Origin: a virus
Lineage: Duplodnaviria > Caudoviricetes
Length of the DNA: 62,690 nt
IMG/VR virus record: IMGVR_UViG_3300023296_000161
Span: 1 to 62,690 of that record
Reading direction: 5' to 3' (one strand)
Each line of letters opens with the position of its first letter. The first letter of the stretch is position 1. The notes beneath the pieces were generated by a model. It worked only from the letters and a program-made list of their open reading frames with translations. It made no database searches and had not been told where the DNA came from. Below, piece after piece: positions 28,313 to 37,875 of this stretch. Position numbers and translations under genes: made by a program.

Positions 28313-30364
28313 ATGAAAAAGTGGATTATATCATTATTCGTCATTTTAGTATTGTGTGGATTGCGTTTTGCAGACCCGTGGTTCCTAGACATGGTTCGCC
28401 TCAAGGCAATGGATCAACATCAGCGCAATCAAGAAACACTGATAATTGATAATGTTGTTACTGTAGAAATTAACAATCAGACAATCAGAGAACGTGGGCA
28501 GTGGCCTTGGGATAGGGAAACACTTGGTAACGAGATTATCAAACTCTATCAAGCAGGAGCGTCATTAGTCGTTGTTCCTATTCTATTCGCAGACCCAGAC
28601 CGTGGGGGTAAGGATACATTCTTTGCTAACGTGCTCAAACAAACACCAACTGTTATAGGGCAGATACCTAGCACAGACAATAGTAATTCTGGTGTAGTGC
28701 GTGGTGTTGCAACGGTTGGCCATCCTTGGAAAAATTGGGTATATAGATACCCCGGTGTGGTTGGTCCTATTCCAGAACTTGCAAAGAGTGCCAATGCTGT
28801 TGGTATGATGGTTATTGCACCAGAGGCTGATGGTGTAGTTAGACGTATGCCTTTGGTGATTGCAGTGAATGATAAAATATATCCATCTATCAGTATGGAA
28901 ATCCTACGCATGGCATCAGGAGACATATCGTTCCAGATGAAGACGGGTATCGCTGGTGTAGAAAAACTACGCATCCCCAAATATAAAATGATTGACACAG
29001 ATGCCAATGGTAACATATGGTTGGATTTTCAGTGGAGAACAAAAACTCACCCCCTACATGAGAAATTACCAGACCTCAAAGGTAAAATCGTTATACTCAG
29101 TATGACTGCTTCTGGTCTTGGAAGCCCTGTTGCAACCCCTGTGGGGGTCATACAGTCCCATGACCTTATTGGTGCATCACTTGCTACCATGATGACAGGT
29201 CGCAATATAACCAGACCATTTTGGACTGATCTTGCAGAATTAGCAATCAGCGGTGTTGGTGCATTAATCCTAGCACTAACAGTTCTCACATTGGCGTGGT
29301 ATTTTGGTGCAGTATTACTGCCATTGTTCCTTGTCGGTTCATTCTATGGTTCATCTTACCTATTCACGGAATACAGTTATCTGGTGGATTGGTCCTATCC
29401 CGTCCTTACTATGTTTGTAGTTTGGGCCATTGCTGCGTTTCTGCGGTTCATGGAAGAATATAAACAGAAAATGGAAATCAAGAAACAGTTCGCTGGATAT
29501 GCCAGCCCAACTGTGGTTCGGTTACTACAAGAAAATCCATCACTGATCAAAGACGGTATGAAGAAGGAGATTAGTATTTGCTTCTCTGATCTTCGTGGGT
29601 TCACACCATTAGGCGAGAGTTTTGGTGATGATGTCAAGGGTCTTACTGAAATCATGAATGGATATATGGATGCAATCACACAACCTATTTTAGATTCAAA
29701 CGGCATGGTAATCAAATATATCGGTGATGCAAGTATGCACATTCATAACGCACCCATAGATGACCCAGACCACCCAAAGAGCGCAGTTAAAACTGGGCTA
29801 CTGATGCTAGATGCAGTAGTGAAGTTTAATGACAAGATCGTTGCTGAAGGCAAACCACCTATAGGAATGGGTGCGGGTATCAACACAGGGTTGGGATATC
29901 TTGGAGAGATGGGTTCTACCATGCGACACAGTTATGATGTCCTTGGTGATGCAGTCTCTACCGCTGCTCGTATTGAGAGCAAGTGCAAAGAGTATGGGTG
30001 TCTGTTGTTGGTTGGTGAAGCCACATATGACTTAACCAAGGATGACTTCTTCTACTTGAAGGTTGATGAGCTTGCAGTGAAGGGTAAGACTGTTGGTATT
30101 CGAATATATACCGTTCTCAGTGAAATGGGATGGATGATGGAGAATACCAATTGGGGTATAGCAGAGAGCCAACATGAGAAGATGCACGAATATTATCGTA
30201 ATCAACATTTTGACCATGCTATTAGATTATGTAATGATTTGATGAATGAATTCGACGGTAGAATGAAAAACTATTATACTATGTGGATTGAACGCTGTGA
30301 GTTTATGAAGACACAACCACTTGAAGAGGATTGGGATGGAATCTTCTGGGCTCAATCAAAATAA
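28313..30364 (+). CDS. CHASE2-domain class III adenylate/guanylate cyclase
   Basis: GQWPWDR CHASE2, three TM helices, FSDLRGFT, KYIGD, YDVLGDAVSTAARIE. Confidence 0.9.
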   Translation: MKKWIISLFVILVLCGLRFADPWFLDMVRLKAMDQHQRNQETLIIDNVVTVEINNQTIRERGQWPWDRETLGNEIIKLYQAGASLVVVPILFADPDRGGKDTFFANVLKQTPTVIGQIPSTDNSNSGVVRGVATVGHPWKNWVYRYPGVVGPIPELAKSANAVGMMVIAPEADGVVRRMPLVIAVNDKIYPSISMEILRMASGDISFQMKTGIAGVEKLRIPKYKMIDTDANGNIWLDFQWRTKTHPLHEKLPDLKGKIVILSMTASGLGSPVATPVGVIQSHDLIGASLATMMTGRNITRPFWTDLAELAISGVGALILALTVLTLAWYFGAVLLPLFLVGSFYGSSYLFTEYSYLVDWSYPVLTMFVVWAIAAFLRFMEEYKQKMEIKKQFAGYASPTVVRLLQENPSLIKDGMKKEISICFSDLRGFTPLGESFGDDVKGLTEIMNGYMDAITQPILDSNGMVIKYIGDASMHIHNAPIDDPDHPKSAVKTGLLMLDAVVKFNDKIVAEGKPPIGMGAGINTGLGYLGEMGSTMRHSYDVLGDAVSTAARIESKCKEYGCLLLVGEATYDLTKDDFFYLKVDELAVKGKTVGIRIYTVLSEMGWMMENTNWGIAESQHEKMHEYYRNQHFDHAIRLCNDLMNEFDGRMKNYYTMWIERCEFMKTQPLEEDWDGIFWAQSK

Positions 30365-30402
30365 GAAGCTTTTGTCGCAACCACAAAATACTAAATACAT
30401 GT

Positions 30403-31053
30403 ATGAAACATACATATCTATACATCAAAACACATTCTTCAGGATTAAAGTATTTGGGTAAAACCGTACAAAATCCATACACATATATGGGCTCCGGCAC
30501 GCATTGGATTCGCCATTTAGATAAACATGGTATAGAACATACTACGGAAATACTATTTGAGACTAACGATAAGTTATTATTTAAGGAAACCGCACTCTAC
30601 TATAGCCACTTATATAATATAGCAGAATCCAACGAATGGGCTAATATAGTACATGAACAGGGTGATGGCGGAGACACACCCCACAGTCCAGCGTACCAAG
30701 CACACATAGCAAGCAAAAACTTTTTGTATGGCGAAAAAAATGGATTTCATGGTATGAAACACACAGATGAAACTAAACGCAAAATAAGTGAAGCAAACAG
30801 GGGTAGGGGCTTGGGCATTCCTAAGAATCACGGAGATAAACTAAAATCAGTATGGGCAGAAAAGGGTCATCCCCGTAAAGGTAAAGAGCCTTGGAACAAA
30901 GGTAAAAAAGGATCGCAATCCAGAACTCAAAATATGATGGAAAGTTATAGTATAAAAGTCATTTTTGAAGGTGTAGAATATCCGTCACTCAATGCCGCTA
31001 GTAGAGCAACAGGGTTAAGTGCCTATAAGATTAAGATAGCCACCACAAAGTAG
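30403..31053 (+). mobile_element. Free-standing GIY-YIG (Seg-like) homing endonuclease with NUMOD3 motifs
   Basis: YLYIKTH...KYLGKT, YMGSG, HTDETKRKISEA, PWNKG. Confidence 0.8.
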
Positions 31054-31062
31054 GAGAGAACT

Positions 31063-31218
31063 ATGAGTAGGAATTATTTTTCATCGAAGACAGGTCATAA
31101 GGCATCAGATATATATTTAAAAAATCAACCCCTTTGGTATGATAGCGATATGTTGAAACATGGGATTGTTTGGTTCATCATTGGAACAATCGTCGGAGTA
31201 CTCGTATCGTATATTTAA
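31063..31218 (+). CDS. Small membrane protein; not in ORF track
   Basis: AGGAG SD, 51 aa with C-terminal TM. Confidence 0.5.
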   Translation: MSRNYFSSKTGHKASDIYLKNQPLWYDSDMLKHGIVWFIIGTIVGVLVSYI

Positions 31219-31309
31219 TTATTTTAAAAAATATCAAAAAAAGACTTGACAATCCCTTTACAATGTGTTATATTATACTTGTAGATTGGTTCTAAGGAAA
31301 GATATAAAT

Positions 31310-31546
31310 ATGATTATGGATGTATACCTCCACACATTCCTTGCAATGGGTGCTATTGGTGCCGCATATTATGCAGGAGGTTATTTCTCAAAGACAAATA
31401 TTAAGAATATCATCGGCTCTATGCTTGAAACCCTAGAGAAAGAGGGTTTTATTGCAACATCAATGGATAAGGATGGCGACAAAGAGTTGATTCCTATTTC
31501 AGAATTAATTGCATATGCGCTTAAAGATTCTGAAAAAAACACTTGA
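31310..31546 (+). CDS. Hypothetical protein
   Basis: AAGGA SD, N-terminal TM. Confidence 0.55.
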   Translation: MIMDVYLHTFLAMGAIGAAYYAGGYFSKTNIKNIIGSMLETLEKEGFIATSMDKDGDKELIPISELIAYALKDSEKNT

Positions 31547-31577
31547 CAAACCCTAAAAAATAGTTTATAGTTATATA

Positions 31578-32027
31578 ATGAACAGTATGCATTTATTGCC
31601 TGTGTATTATTCGACTACGAATACACGCAAGCGCAAACAGAAAAAGAAGTCGGCCTCTGTCCTAGAGGCAGAGCGTCAACACGACAAGTTTCTCAAGAAG
31701 ATGGGTATAGGCACTCGTAGCTCAGTTGGATTAGAGCAACGGCCTTCTAAGCCGTGGGTCGCAGGTTCGAGTCCTGTCGAGTGCGCCAAATCACAGACCT
31801 GTAGTTCAGTCTGGTTAGAACGGAGCGCTCATAACGCTTATGTCGCAGGTTCGAATCCTGCCGGGTCTACCAATAATGTTCTGTATGATTCTTCTATGGC
31901 AAAGAAACCAGAGAAGATTTATACTGGTATTGAGATTATAGGTATTGCACAGATGCATAAATCCAATGCAGTGCCAGTTCGGGGTAAGAAACAGGCAGAA
32001 GAGATTGCAAAGATGAGGCGAGGATGA
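31578..32027 (+). CDS. Phage protein with GIAQMHKSNAVPV motif, with two tRNA genes nested in frame
   Basis: Open frame across both tRNAs; protein-like N- and C-terminal parts; ATGA coupling to next gene. Confidence 0.65.
   Translation: MNSMHLLPVYYSTTNTRKRKQKKKSASVLEAERQHDKFLKKMGIGTRSSVGLEQRPSKPWVAGSSPVECAKSQTCSSVWLERSAHNAYVAGSNPAGSTNNVLYDSSMAKKPEKIYTGIEIIGIAQMHKSNAVPVRGKKQAEEIAKMRRG
31711..31788 (+). tRNA. tRNA-Arg(TCT)
   Basis: GCACTCG/CGAGTGC acceptor, ACGGC-CTTCTAA-GCCGT anticodon arm, GTTCGAGTC, encoded CCA. Confidence 0.93.
31795..31872 (+). tRNA. tRNA with CAT anticodon (probably Ile2/lysidine type; Met possible)
   Basis: AGACCTG/CGGGTCT acceptor, AGCG-CTCATAA-CGCT, GTTCGAATC, CCA; C4-G69 and C5-G68 pairs as in TilS substrates. 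Confidence 0.88.
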
Positions 32028-32248
32028 CCGAAGATCGCATTAAAGAACTTGAAATAGAGAATGAAAAACTCAAGAACATTCTCCGTAAAGTATTTCCAGA
32101 AAAGTCGGGACACTTCTTCATTTGTGGAGAAGCTGGTGAGAAGGATAGTTCTGGATTGCCAGATAAGATTTTTGTTTGTCCCACATACGGGCTTGATGGT
32201 TTTCAAGTATATAAAAAGGATGGCGACTATCGTGCGCCAGGATGGTAA
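32024..32248 (+). CDS. Hypothetical protein
   Basis: ORF track, ATGA overlap. Confidence 0.6.
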   Translation: MTEDRIKELEIENEKLKNILRKVFPEKSGHFFICGEAGEKDSSGLPDKIFVCPTYGLDGFQVYKKDGDYRAPGW

Positions 32249-32577
32249 GAGAAATGAATAATAAAGATTATGTTGTTGTTACTACTATTTCATCGCACCG
32301 TATGCGTTATGTAATGCATCGTGATGATCTCCAGAAACTAAATCCATTAGACCGAGTTAATGCTATTGAGTGGGCTAACGATACAGTTAATGCTGATGAA
32401 TGTAAAGAGTTCTCCCAAGAGCATATGGGGGAATATATCGTGGATACTGTTGAGATGAGCGAAGATGATATGCTTGAACTTTTTGATAAGGACAATGATT
32501 ATCTTAGTGAATGGACAAAGGATCAAAAACTTGAGTTGGTGAGGAAAAGTATTGCTTCAGAAGATGGGGTTGAATAA
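32242..32577 (+). CDS. Hypothetical protein
   Basis: ORF track; FSQEHMGE motif. Confidence 0.6.
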   Translation: MVREMNNKDYVVVTTISSHRMRYVMHRDDLQKLNPLDRVNAIEWANDTVNADECKEFSQEHMGEYIVDTVEMSEDDMLELFDKDNDYLSEWTKDQKLELVRKSIASEDGVE

Positions 32578-32579
32578 CA

Positions 32580-32963
32580 ATGGTTGATGATTCTTATGAT
32601 CTCAGTGATGAGATGAAAGATTTGACTAATAATCAGAAACTTGCTGTAGTGCAGTGGGCAATGAAGCATATTGTTGAACATGCCAGAGATGGTGGATCAT
32701 ATCGTCATCTTGTCTATGGGCGGCTGGGATTTGGACCTGAAGCATATGCCGCCCTTTGCAATGACGGGCTCACTATTTCAAATGAATTTGATCTTGAACT
32801 GAAAGATTTGATTCTAAACGCACTCAAAGAAGATGATTCAATCAAGATCAAGAGAGTATTAGGATTATGCGACGAATTTGATTGTTTCGAATATGTTTCA
32901 TGTGGCTGGCAAGCCATTGATCGTTATAGGGTCACTTGTTCTGAACATTATAATGAAAAATAA
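32580..32963 (+). CDS. Hypothetical protein
   Basis: ORF track. Confidence 0.6.
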   Translation: MVDDSYDLSDEMKDLTNNQKLAVVQWAMKHIVEHARDGGSYRHLVYGRLGFGPEAYAALCNDGLTISNEFDLELKDLILNALKEDDSIKIKRVLGLCDEFDCFEYVSCGWQAIDRYRVTCSEHYNEK

Positions 32964-32978
32964 AAGAGAAAGAAACAA

Positions 32979-33335
32979 ATGACAATTAGTTACAGCACTA
33001 ACTGGATGGGCCCCATCGCTCTCAGCTGGTATAGGGAACGTGATTTATTGATGCCCCCTGTAACACGCTGGAGTGATTTTCTCAAAGAAGAAGTTACCAC
33101 TGAAGAAATCAAGCATAACTACATGGCCGGCCGTATTGACGTTCATGGAACTGAATTACCATATGGTGATGAGATTGGATTGCCCTTAATGTCCGCCGCA
33201 GATTGGAATAGATTTTCAGTGTGGTTGGATGATTATGAAACTAAAACGATGGAAACCCTTGACAAAATCCTAGAATCATATTATAATGATGGCAACAGTG
33301 AAATTGAATGGTGGAAAGATAATGTTAGCATCTGA
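32979..33335 (+). CDS. Hypothetical protein
   Basis: ORF track. Confidence 0.6.
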   Translation: MTISYSTNWMGPIALSWYRERDLLMPPVTRWSDFLKEEVTTEEIKHNYMAGRIDVHGTELPYGDEIGLPLMSAADWNRFSVWLDDYETKTMETLDKILESYYNDGNSEIEWWKDNVSI

Positions 33336-33573
33336 ATACAAGAAAGAAGTCAACCGTCTTGAGGCTGAGTTGAAAGTTATGTCGGACTATGCAGACAAAC
33401 TAGCAGATGGGTTACCAGAGGGTATGTTGCCTAAAGATATTGAGATTCTGAGGGCAACAAACGCCGAACTGATGCAGTTTTATGAGAGCGTGAAGAAGGC
33501 TTCTGATTATTGCGTTACACGATCAGAGTTAGAAAACTCTATTGACATAGCCATTGCGGAGTACGAGAAATGA
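33322..33573 (+). CDS. Hypothetical protein
   Basis: ORF track, downstream of an embedded sigma70 promoter. Confidence 0.55.
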   Translation: MLASEYKKEVNRLEAELKVMSDYADKLADGLPEGMLPKDIEILRATNAELMQFYESVKKASDYCVTRSELENSIDIAIAEYEK

Positions 33574-33746
33574 CTTGGCAACCGATTGATACTGCGCCGA
33601 AGGATGGGACTGAGATATTGACAATAAACATAAGGCATGAGGCGTTCCCCTGTGAAGTTGTTTGGTGGGAGTCTGGAGGATGGACGGAGGGGACACAATC
33701 TATCAAATCCACACACTGGATGCCATTACCGGCCCCCCCGACATGA
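33570..33746 (+). CDS. DUF551-like protein; not in ORF track
   Basis: MTWQPIDTAPKDG...THWMPLPAPP. Confidence 0.75.
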   Translation: MTWQPIDTAPKDGTEILTINIRHEAFPCEVVWWESGGWTEGTQSIKSTHWMPLPAPPT

Positions 33747-33817
33747 GTACAGTGAAGGATGAACTTAAAGATGCCGGTGGTAAAGTAGATCGTTGGGAAT
33801 AATAATGAAAAAGGTGC

Positions 33818-33856
33818 TTGACAAACTCTGTTTAATGGTGTATACTAACGTATAAA
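33818..33856 (+). promoter_or_regulatory. Early sigma70 promoter with downstream GTATAA element
   Basis: TTGACA-17-TATACT-AACGTATAAA. Confidence 0.75.
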
Positions 33857-33883
33857 CTAAGAAGATATGGGAGAAATTGAAAA

Positions 33884-34210
33884 ATGAGTAATTATAATCC
33901 AGATAATTGGGTTGTTGTTAAAATGAGTGGAGATGATCCCCATTACCGAGTCCTTGCAGGATGGAGTGGTGGATATCTTGATGGCGATAGTTGGCGTATG
34001 AACTCTGGTATTACAAGTGTTGAAGATGCTGGTGACCAGTATAACTTTTATGGGTCGTCTGGTAGTTGTTATAGTTGTGATAAAGAAAGTTATACACTTC
34101 GTATGAACAATGCTGGTGCCTGGGCTAAACTACAAGAATTACACGGTGATAAGGTTGAGCTTATGGATGAAGACACTAATTGGATGAATACTGACTGGAT
34201 TATTAAGTAA
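33884..34210 (+). CDS. Conserved phage hypothetical protein
   Basis: WSGGYLDGDSWRMNSGI motif. Confidence 0.7.
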   Translation: MSNYNPDNWVVVKMSGDDPHYRVLAGWSGGYLDGDSWRMNSGITSVEDAGDQYNFYGSSGSCYSCDKESYTLRMNNAGAWAKLQELHGDKVELMDEDTNWMNTDWIIK

Positions 34211-34214
34211 TTTT

Positions 34215-34610
34215 ATGATGAATGCTGAGATTTTCGATGAAACCTTTAAGCTTGCACAAGCAGTAGAACCTGTTCGTGGTGCAAGGATTGCAGCTGTAGT
34301 GGTTCGCAGGGGTAAGGTTATATCCTATGGATTTAATCATAAGAAGTCGCATCCCTTTCAGGCTAAGTTCTGTAAGAACAACCATGCGGTATTCTTTCAT
34401 GCAGAGGTCCATGCAATCAAGAACGCACTAACATCTGTTGATGTGGATGACCTATCTAAGTGCGAACTATATATTGTAAGGGCAAAGAGGAACAAGACTA
34501 ACAGAAAATGGATTACTGGTTTGTCAAAGCCATGTAGTGGATGCCAAAGGTGCATTGACTTATTTGACCTAAAGAGTGTATACTATTCACAAGAAGGAGA
34601 ATCGGTGTGA
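34215..34610 (+). CDS. Zn-dependent cytidine/dCMP deaminase-fold protein
   Basis: HAE...SKPCSGC. Confidence 0.75.
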   Translation: MMNAEIFDETFKLAQAVEPVRGARIAAVVVRRGKVISYGFNHKKSHPFQAKFCKNNHAVFFHAEVHAIKNALTSVDVDDLSKCELYIVRAKRNKTNRKWITGLSKPCSGCQRCIDLFDLKSVYYSQEGESV

Positions 34611-34810
34611 GAATCGAAGTGCGTAATAATAATGTTGATAAGGCGATGAGAATTCTAAAGAAGAAGCTCACCGAAGATGGGTTCTTTAATGAACTACGAG
34701 AACGAGAATCCTATATGAGTCGGGGTGAGAAACGCCGACATGAACGTGCTTCTGCTAAACGTAGGCAGAAGCGTAACCTTGAAAAACGAATGGAAGAACA
34801 GGGATACTAA
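34607..34810 (+). CDS. rpsU: Ribosomal protein bS21
   Basis: IEVRNNNVDKAMRILKKK...ELRERESY...EKRR; AGGAG SD. Confidence 0.85.
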   Translation: MRIEVRNNNVDKAMRILKKKLTEDGFFNELRERESYMSRGEKRRHERASAKRRQKRNLEKRMEEQGY

Positions 34811-34814
34811 TCCA

Positions 34815-35444
34815 ATGGCACGAAAGAAAATCACTGTTACCACAGACAATAGTGAGTGGAAAGCACCTAAGAAACGCAAATCCCGCAAACCTATGACTGA
34901 GGAACAAAAGGAAGCAGCATCAGAACGTCTTGTAAAGGCACGGGCAGCAAAATTAGAAAAAAACCCTGATTATGGTCAGACTAACATTCATGAAAGTCTT
35001 CGGAAGCTTCCTGACGATCACCAATTAAGTCCTGCTAAAGTTAAACATTGGATTAAAGTTCAACAGGACTATGCAAAGTCTGAACGTGCTGCTGTTCGAC
35101 AGAATGTAAAAGGTTCAATAGCAAAACTTTCTGACCATGAAGCGTATGTTCGTAATATGCAGGCATATCTTCGCACAGGAACATGGGTTGACATGTTCTA
35201 TGGTGAACAACAACAGGGTAAGATTCGCAACAGGTGTGTTGCGCTTGCTTACTACTGGTATGGCCCACGCAAGGGTCAACCAAAAAGAGACGTAGGAACA
35301 TTGTATCCTGATTTGGGATTGGTGTGGACACAAGAAATGCATGAAGAGGCTACTGGATATGAGCGACCAAAAGACGATACCGCCGGACAACGTAGTAAAG
35401 GGCCCGTGGTCCGAAAAGGGCGGAAGAAAAGTAAAGCTTCCTGA
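34815..35444 (+). CDS. Basic hypothetical protein
   Basis: ORF track; RKPMTEEQK motif. Confidence 0.65.
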   Translation: MARKKITVTTDNSEWKAPKKRKSRKPMTEEQKEAASERLVKARAAKLEKNPDYGQTNIHESLRKLPDDHQLSPAKVKHWIKVQQDYAKSERAAVRQNVKGSIAKLSDHEAYVRNMQAYLRTGTWVDMFYGEQQQGKIRNRCVALAYYWYGPRKGQPKRDVGTLYPDLGLVWTQEMHEEATGYERPKDDTAGQRSKGPVVRKGRKKSKAS

Positions 35445-35775
35445 TAAGGATATTATCCTACATCATGAAAATCTTCAATTTGCTGAAGAGCTTACTCAAA
35501 GTTTGATGGTACAAATGATTCATACTATGAGTGAGAATGGTATTGCTGTTGGTGAGAAAGATTTCATTCGTGATATGGCAATGATCATTGAACTGGTTAT
35601 GGGTTCCCTTTATAGAGATATGGAAATGGTCCATCCAACACATAAGTTTATGGAACAGTTTGTTGATATTATGGAATCTGGCGACACGTTTGAAACAGAA
35701 GTTGACTTTAATACTATTGTTGAACTTGCAAATTTGATAGAGGAAGATGATGAAGATGACCCAGAAGTTTCATGA
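35359..35775 (+). CDS. Acidic hypothetical protein
   Basis: ORF track; NVVKGPW. Confidence 0.6.
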   Translation: MSDQKTIPPDNVVKGPWSEKGGRKVKLPDKDIILHHENLQFAEELTQSLMVQMIHTMSENGIAVGEKDFIRDMAMIIELVMGSLYRDMEMVHPTHKFMEQFVDIMESGDTFETEVDFNTIVELANLIEEDDEDDPEVS

Positions 35776-36415
35776 ACCATTTAGCCCAACAATCCTAGAG
35801 ACAACAGTTTCAGACAGGTTTGTTGATATTGTTAACGCTGTAGCTGATGATGTTCTCTCTAGTGATGAAAAGAGTAAGAAGTGGGATTGGTCACACAAGC
35901 TCGTTGGCAAAGTGAATAAGGAAATTCTAATTCCTGTCACTGATCCAGATGATAAAAAGTTTTTGTTTGAAACTGTGAAACAGGGCTGCCTTGATTATCT
36001 AAATTACCATATTGATAAAAAAAGAAACAATCCTTGGACTCGAATGGGTAATGATAGAATCCCCACATTGAATAGTATTCACCTAACTCATAGTTGGGTA
36101 GTTAGTCAATATGCTGGTGACTTCAATCCATTGCACCACCATAACGGAGACTTCTCTGGTGGCATCTATCTCAAGGTGCCAGAGGGAATGAATGATGAGT
36201 GGGAAAAGGATTTCCAAGACCACTATCCTGCAAAGGGATTGATTGAATATTCATTTGGTGAACAACAATCATTTAGATGTGACAATTTAAAATTCAAACC
36301 AGAAGTGGGAAAGTTTCTAGTGTTCCCCTCTTGGTTAAAGCATCTTGTGTATCCATATTCGGTAGAAGGTGAACGGCGTATGATGAGCTTCAATGCAACT
36401 GTTATAAATAAGTAG
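35747..36415 (+). CDS. 2OG-Fe(II) oxygenase family protein
   Basis: NPLHHH..D, FPSWLKHLVYP, RRMMSFN. Confidence 0.75.
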   Translation: MMKMTQKFHEPFSPTILETTVSDRFVDIVNAVADDVLSSDEKSKKWDWSHKLVGKVNKEILIPVTDPDDKKFLFETVKQGCLDYLNYHIDKKRNNPWTRMGNDRIPTLNSIHLTHSWVVSQYAGDFNPLHHHNGDFSGGIYLKVPEGMNDEWEKDFQDHYPAKGLIEYSFGEQQSFRCDNLKFKPEVGKFLVFPSWLKHLVYPYSVEGERRMMSFNATVINK

Positions 36416-36430
36416 AACGAAAGAATAATT

Positions 36431-37276
36431 ATGGCTATTTTAGTTGATATGAACCAAATTTCAGTTGCATCCGTAATGATGCATCTGCACATGACAAAAC
36501 AGACCGCACCTGATGAGGATATGGTTCGCCATATGATCCTCAATTCCCTACGCATGTATCGCATGAAATTTTGCGATGAGTATGGTGAGTTGGTGCTGTG
36601 TTATGACTCCAAGCACTATTGGCGGCGAGACTATTACCCTGAGTATAAGCACAATCGCAAGAAGGGGAGACAATCTTCCTCTAACGATTGGGATGCCATC
36701 TTTAAGGTGTTGATCGCAATCAAATCAGAAATTAAAGAGTTCTTCCCATACAAATTTCTAGAGGTTTATGGCGCAGAGGCAGATGATATCATTGCTGCTC
36801 TTGCTGGTGAGTTAGAGTTTGACAACGGTAAGACGTTGATTTTGTCTGGTGACAAGGATTTCATTCAGTTGCAGAAGTTCCGTAACGTGACACAGTACAG
36901 CCCGATCACCAAGAAATTTGTGAACGGTATTGACCCAGATGTATATTTGAGTGAGCATGTCCTAAAAGGTGACAGCAGCGACGGTGTTCCTAATGTGTTA
37001 TCGCCGGATAATACCTTTGTAGATGGCATCCGACAGAAACCCCTAGGTAAGAAGAAGATTGCTGCGATGATCGATGGGGATTTTCCAAATGATGAAGTTA
37101 AACGTAATTACCAAAGGAACAAGAAGTTGATTGATTTGAAAGAATCACCACCAGAGTTATTTACTGAGATATTGAAAGAGTACCAAGAGGCACCAGAAGG
37201 TGACCGAAGCAAATTACTAAATTATTTTACACAAAAGAGGTTACGCAACCTCGTTGAATCGATAGGAGAGTTTTGA
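36431..37276 (+). CDS. rnh: T4-type RNase H (5'-3' flap exonuclease)
   Basis: EADDII, SGDKDFIQL, GDSSDGVPN. Confidence 0.9.
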   Translation: MAILVDMNQISVASVMMHLHMTKQTAPDEDMVRHMILNSLRMYRMKFCDEYGELVLCYDSKHYWRRDYYPEYKHNRKKGRQSSSNDWDAIFKVLIAIKSEIKEFFPYKFLEVYGAEADDIIAALAGELEFDNGKTLILSGDKDFIQLQKFRNVTQYSPITKKFVNGIDPDVYLSEHVLKGDSSDGVPNVLSPDNTFVDGIRQKPLGKKKIAAMIDGDFPNDEVKRNYQRNKKLIDLKESPPELFTEILKEYQEAPEGDRSKLLNYFTQKRLRNLVESIGEF

Positions 37277-37770
37277 TGGCAATCGACACATATACACGCA
37301 GTTTTGCAGAGATTTTGACGCAAGTTTCTAAGACCAAAAGCAAGAAGGAAAAGGTTACTTTTCTGAGGCAGTACCAGACCGATGCACTTCGCATGATCTG
37401 CAAGTCATCCTTTGACCCCAAGATTGAATGGGAACTTCCAGAGGGTGATGTACCATACAGGGTGAACGATGCACCAGAGGGGACAGAACATACCCTGCTG
37501 CAGCAAGAGGTCCGTCGGCTATATCATTTCATCAAGGGTGGTAATCCTGCTCTAAATCAGAACAAACGTGAAATGATGTTTGTCCAGATGCTTGAGGGTC
37601 TTCATGCAGATGAGGCAGAACTATTAATCGCTGCAAAGGATAAGACCCTGCACCGTAAGTACAAGGGGCTATCTGATAACGTGGTCAAGGAAGCATTTGA
37701 TTGGGATGACGATTACAGACGAATCGAACATGCCGTCTATCCTCAGTCTAAAGGACTAGCTGCAGGGTAA
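37276..37770 (+). CDS. Conserved T4-like phage protein
   Basis: LPEGDVPY, KREMMFVQMLEGLH. Confidence 0.7.
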   Translation: MAIDTYTRSFAEILTQVSKTKSKKEKVTFLRQYQTDALRMICKSSFDPKIEWELPEGDVPYRVNDAPEGTEHTLLQQEVRRLYHFIKGGNPALNQNKREMMFVQMLEGLHADEAELLIAAKDKTLHRKYKGLSDNVVKEAFDWDDDYRRIEHAVYPQSKGLAAG

Positions 37771-37819
37771 CTTTTTTGAGTTTCCTTTAAAATCAATGAC
37801 TTAGCATGTACGATTTTTC

Positions 37820-37858
37820 TTGACAAACCCTTCTGGGTATGGTATGATTAGGTATAAT
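37820..37858 (+). promoter_or_regulatory. Early sigma70 promoter with downstream GGTATAAT element
   Basis: TTGACA-17-TATGAT-TAGGTATAAT. Confidence 0.75.
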
Positions 37859-37875
37859 CGAGAGATAAGGTTTTC

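Noticed and set aside
31789-31794. HDV-like (theta) ribozymes after the tRNA 3' ends
   Set aside because: Trailers after all three tRNAs are short or AT-rich with no nested pseudoknot visible
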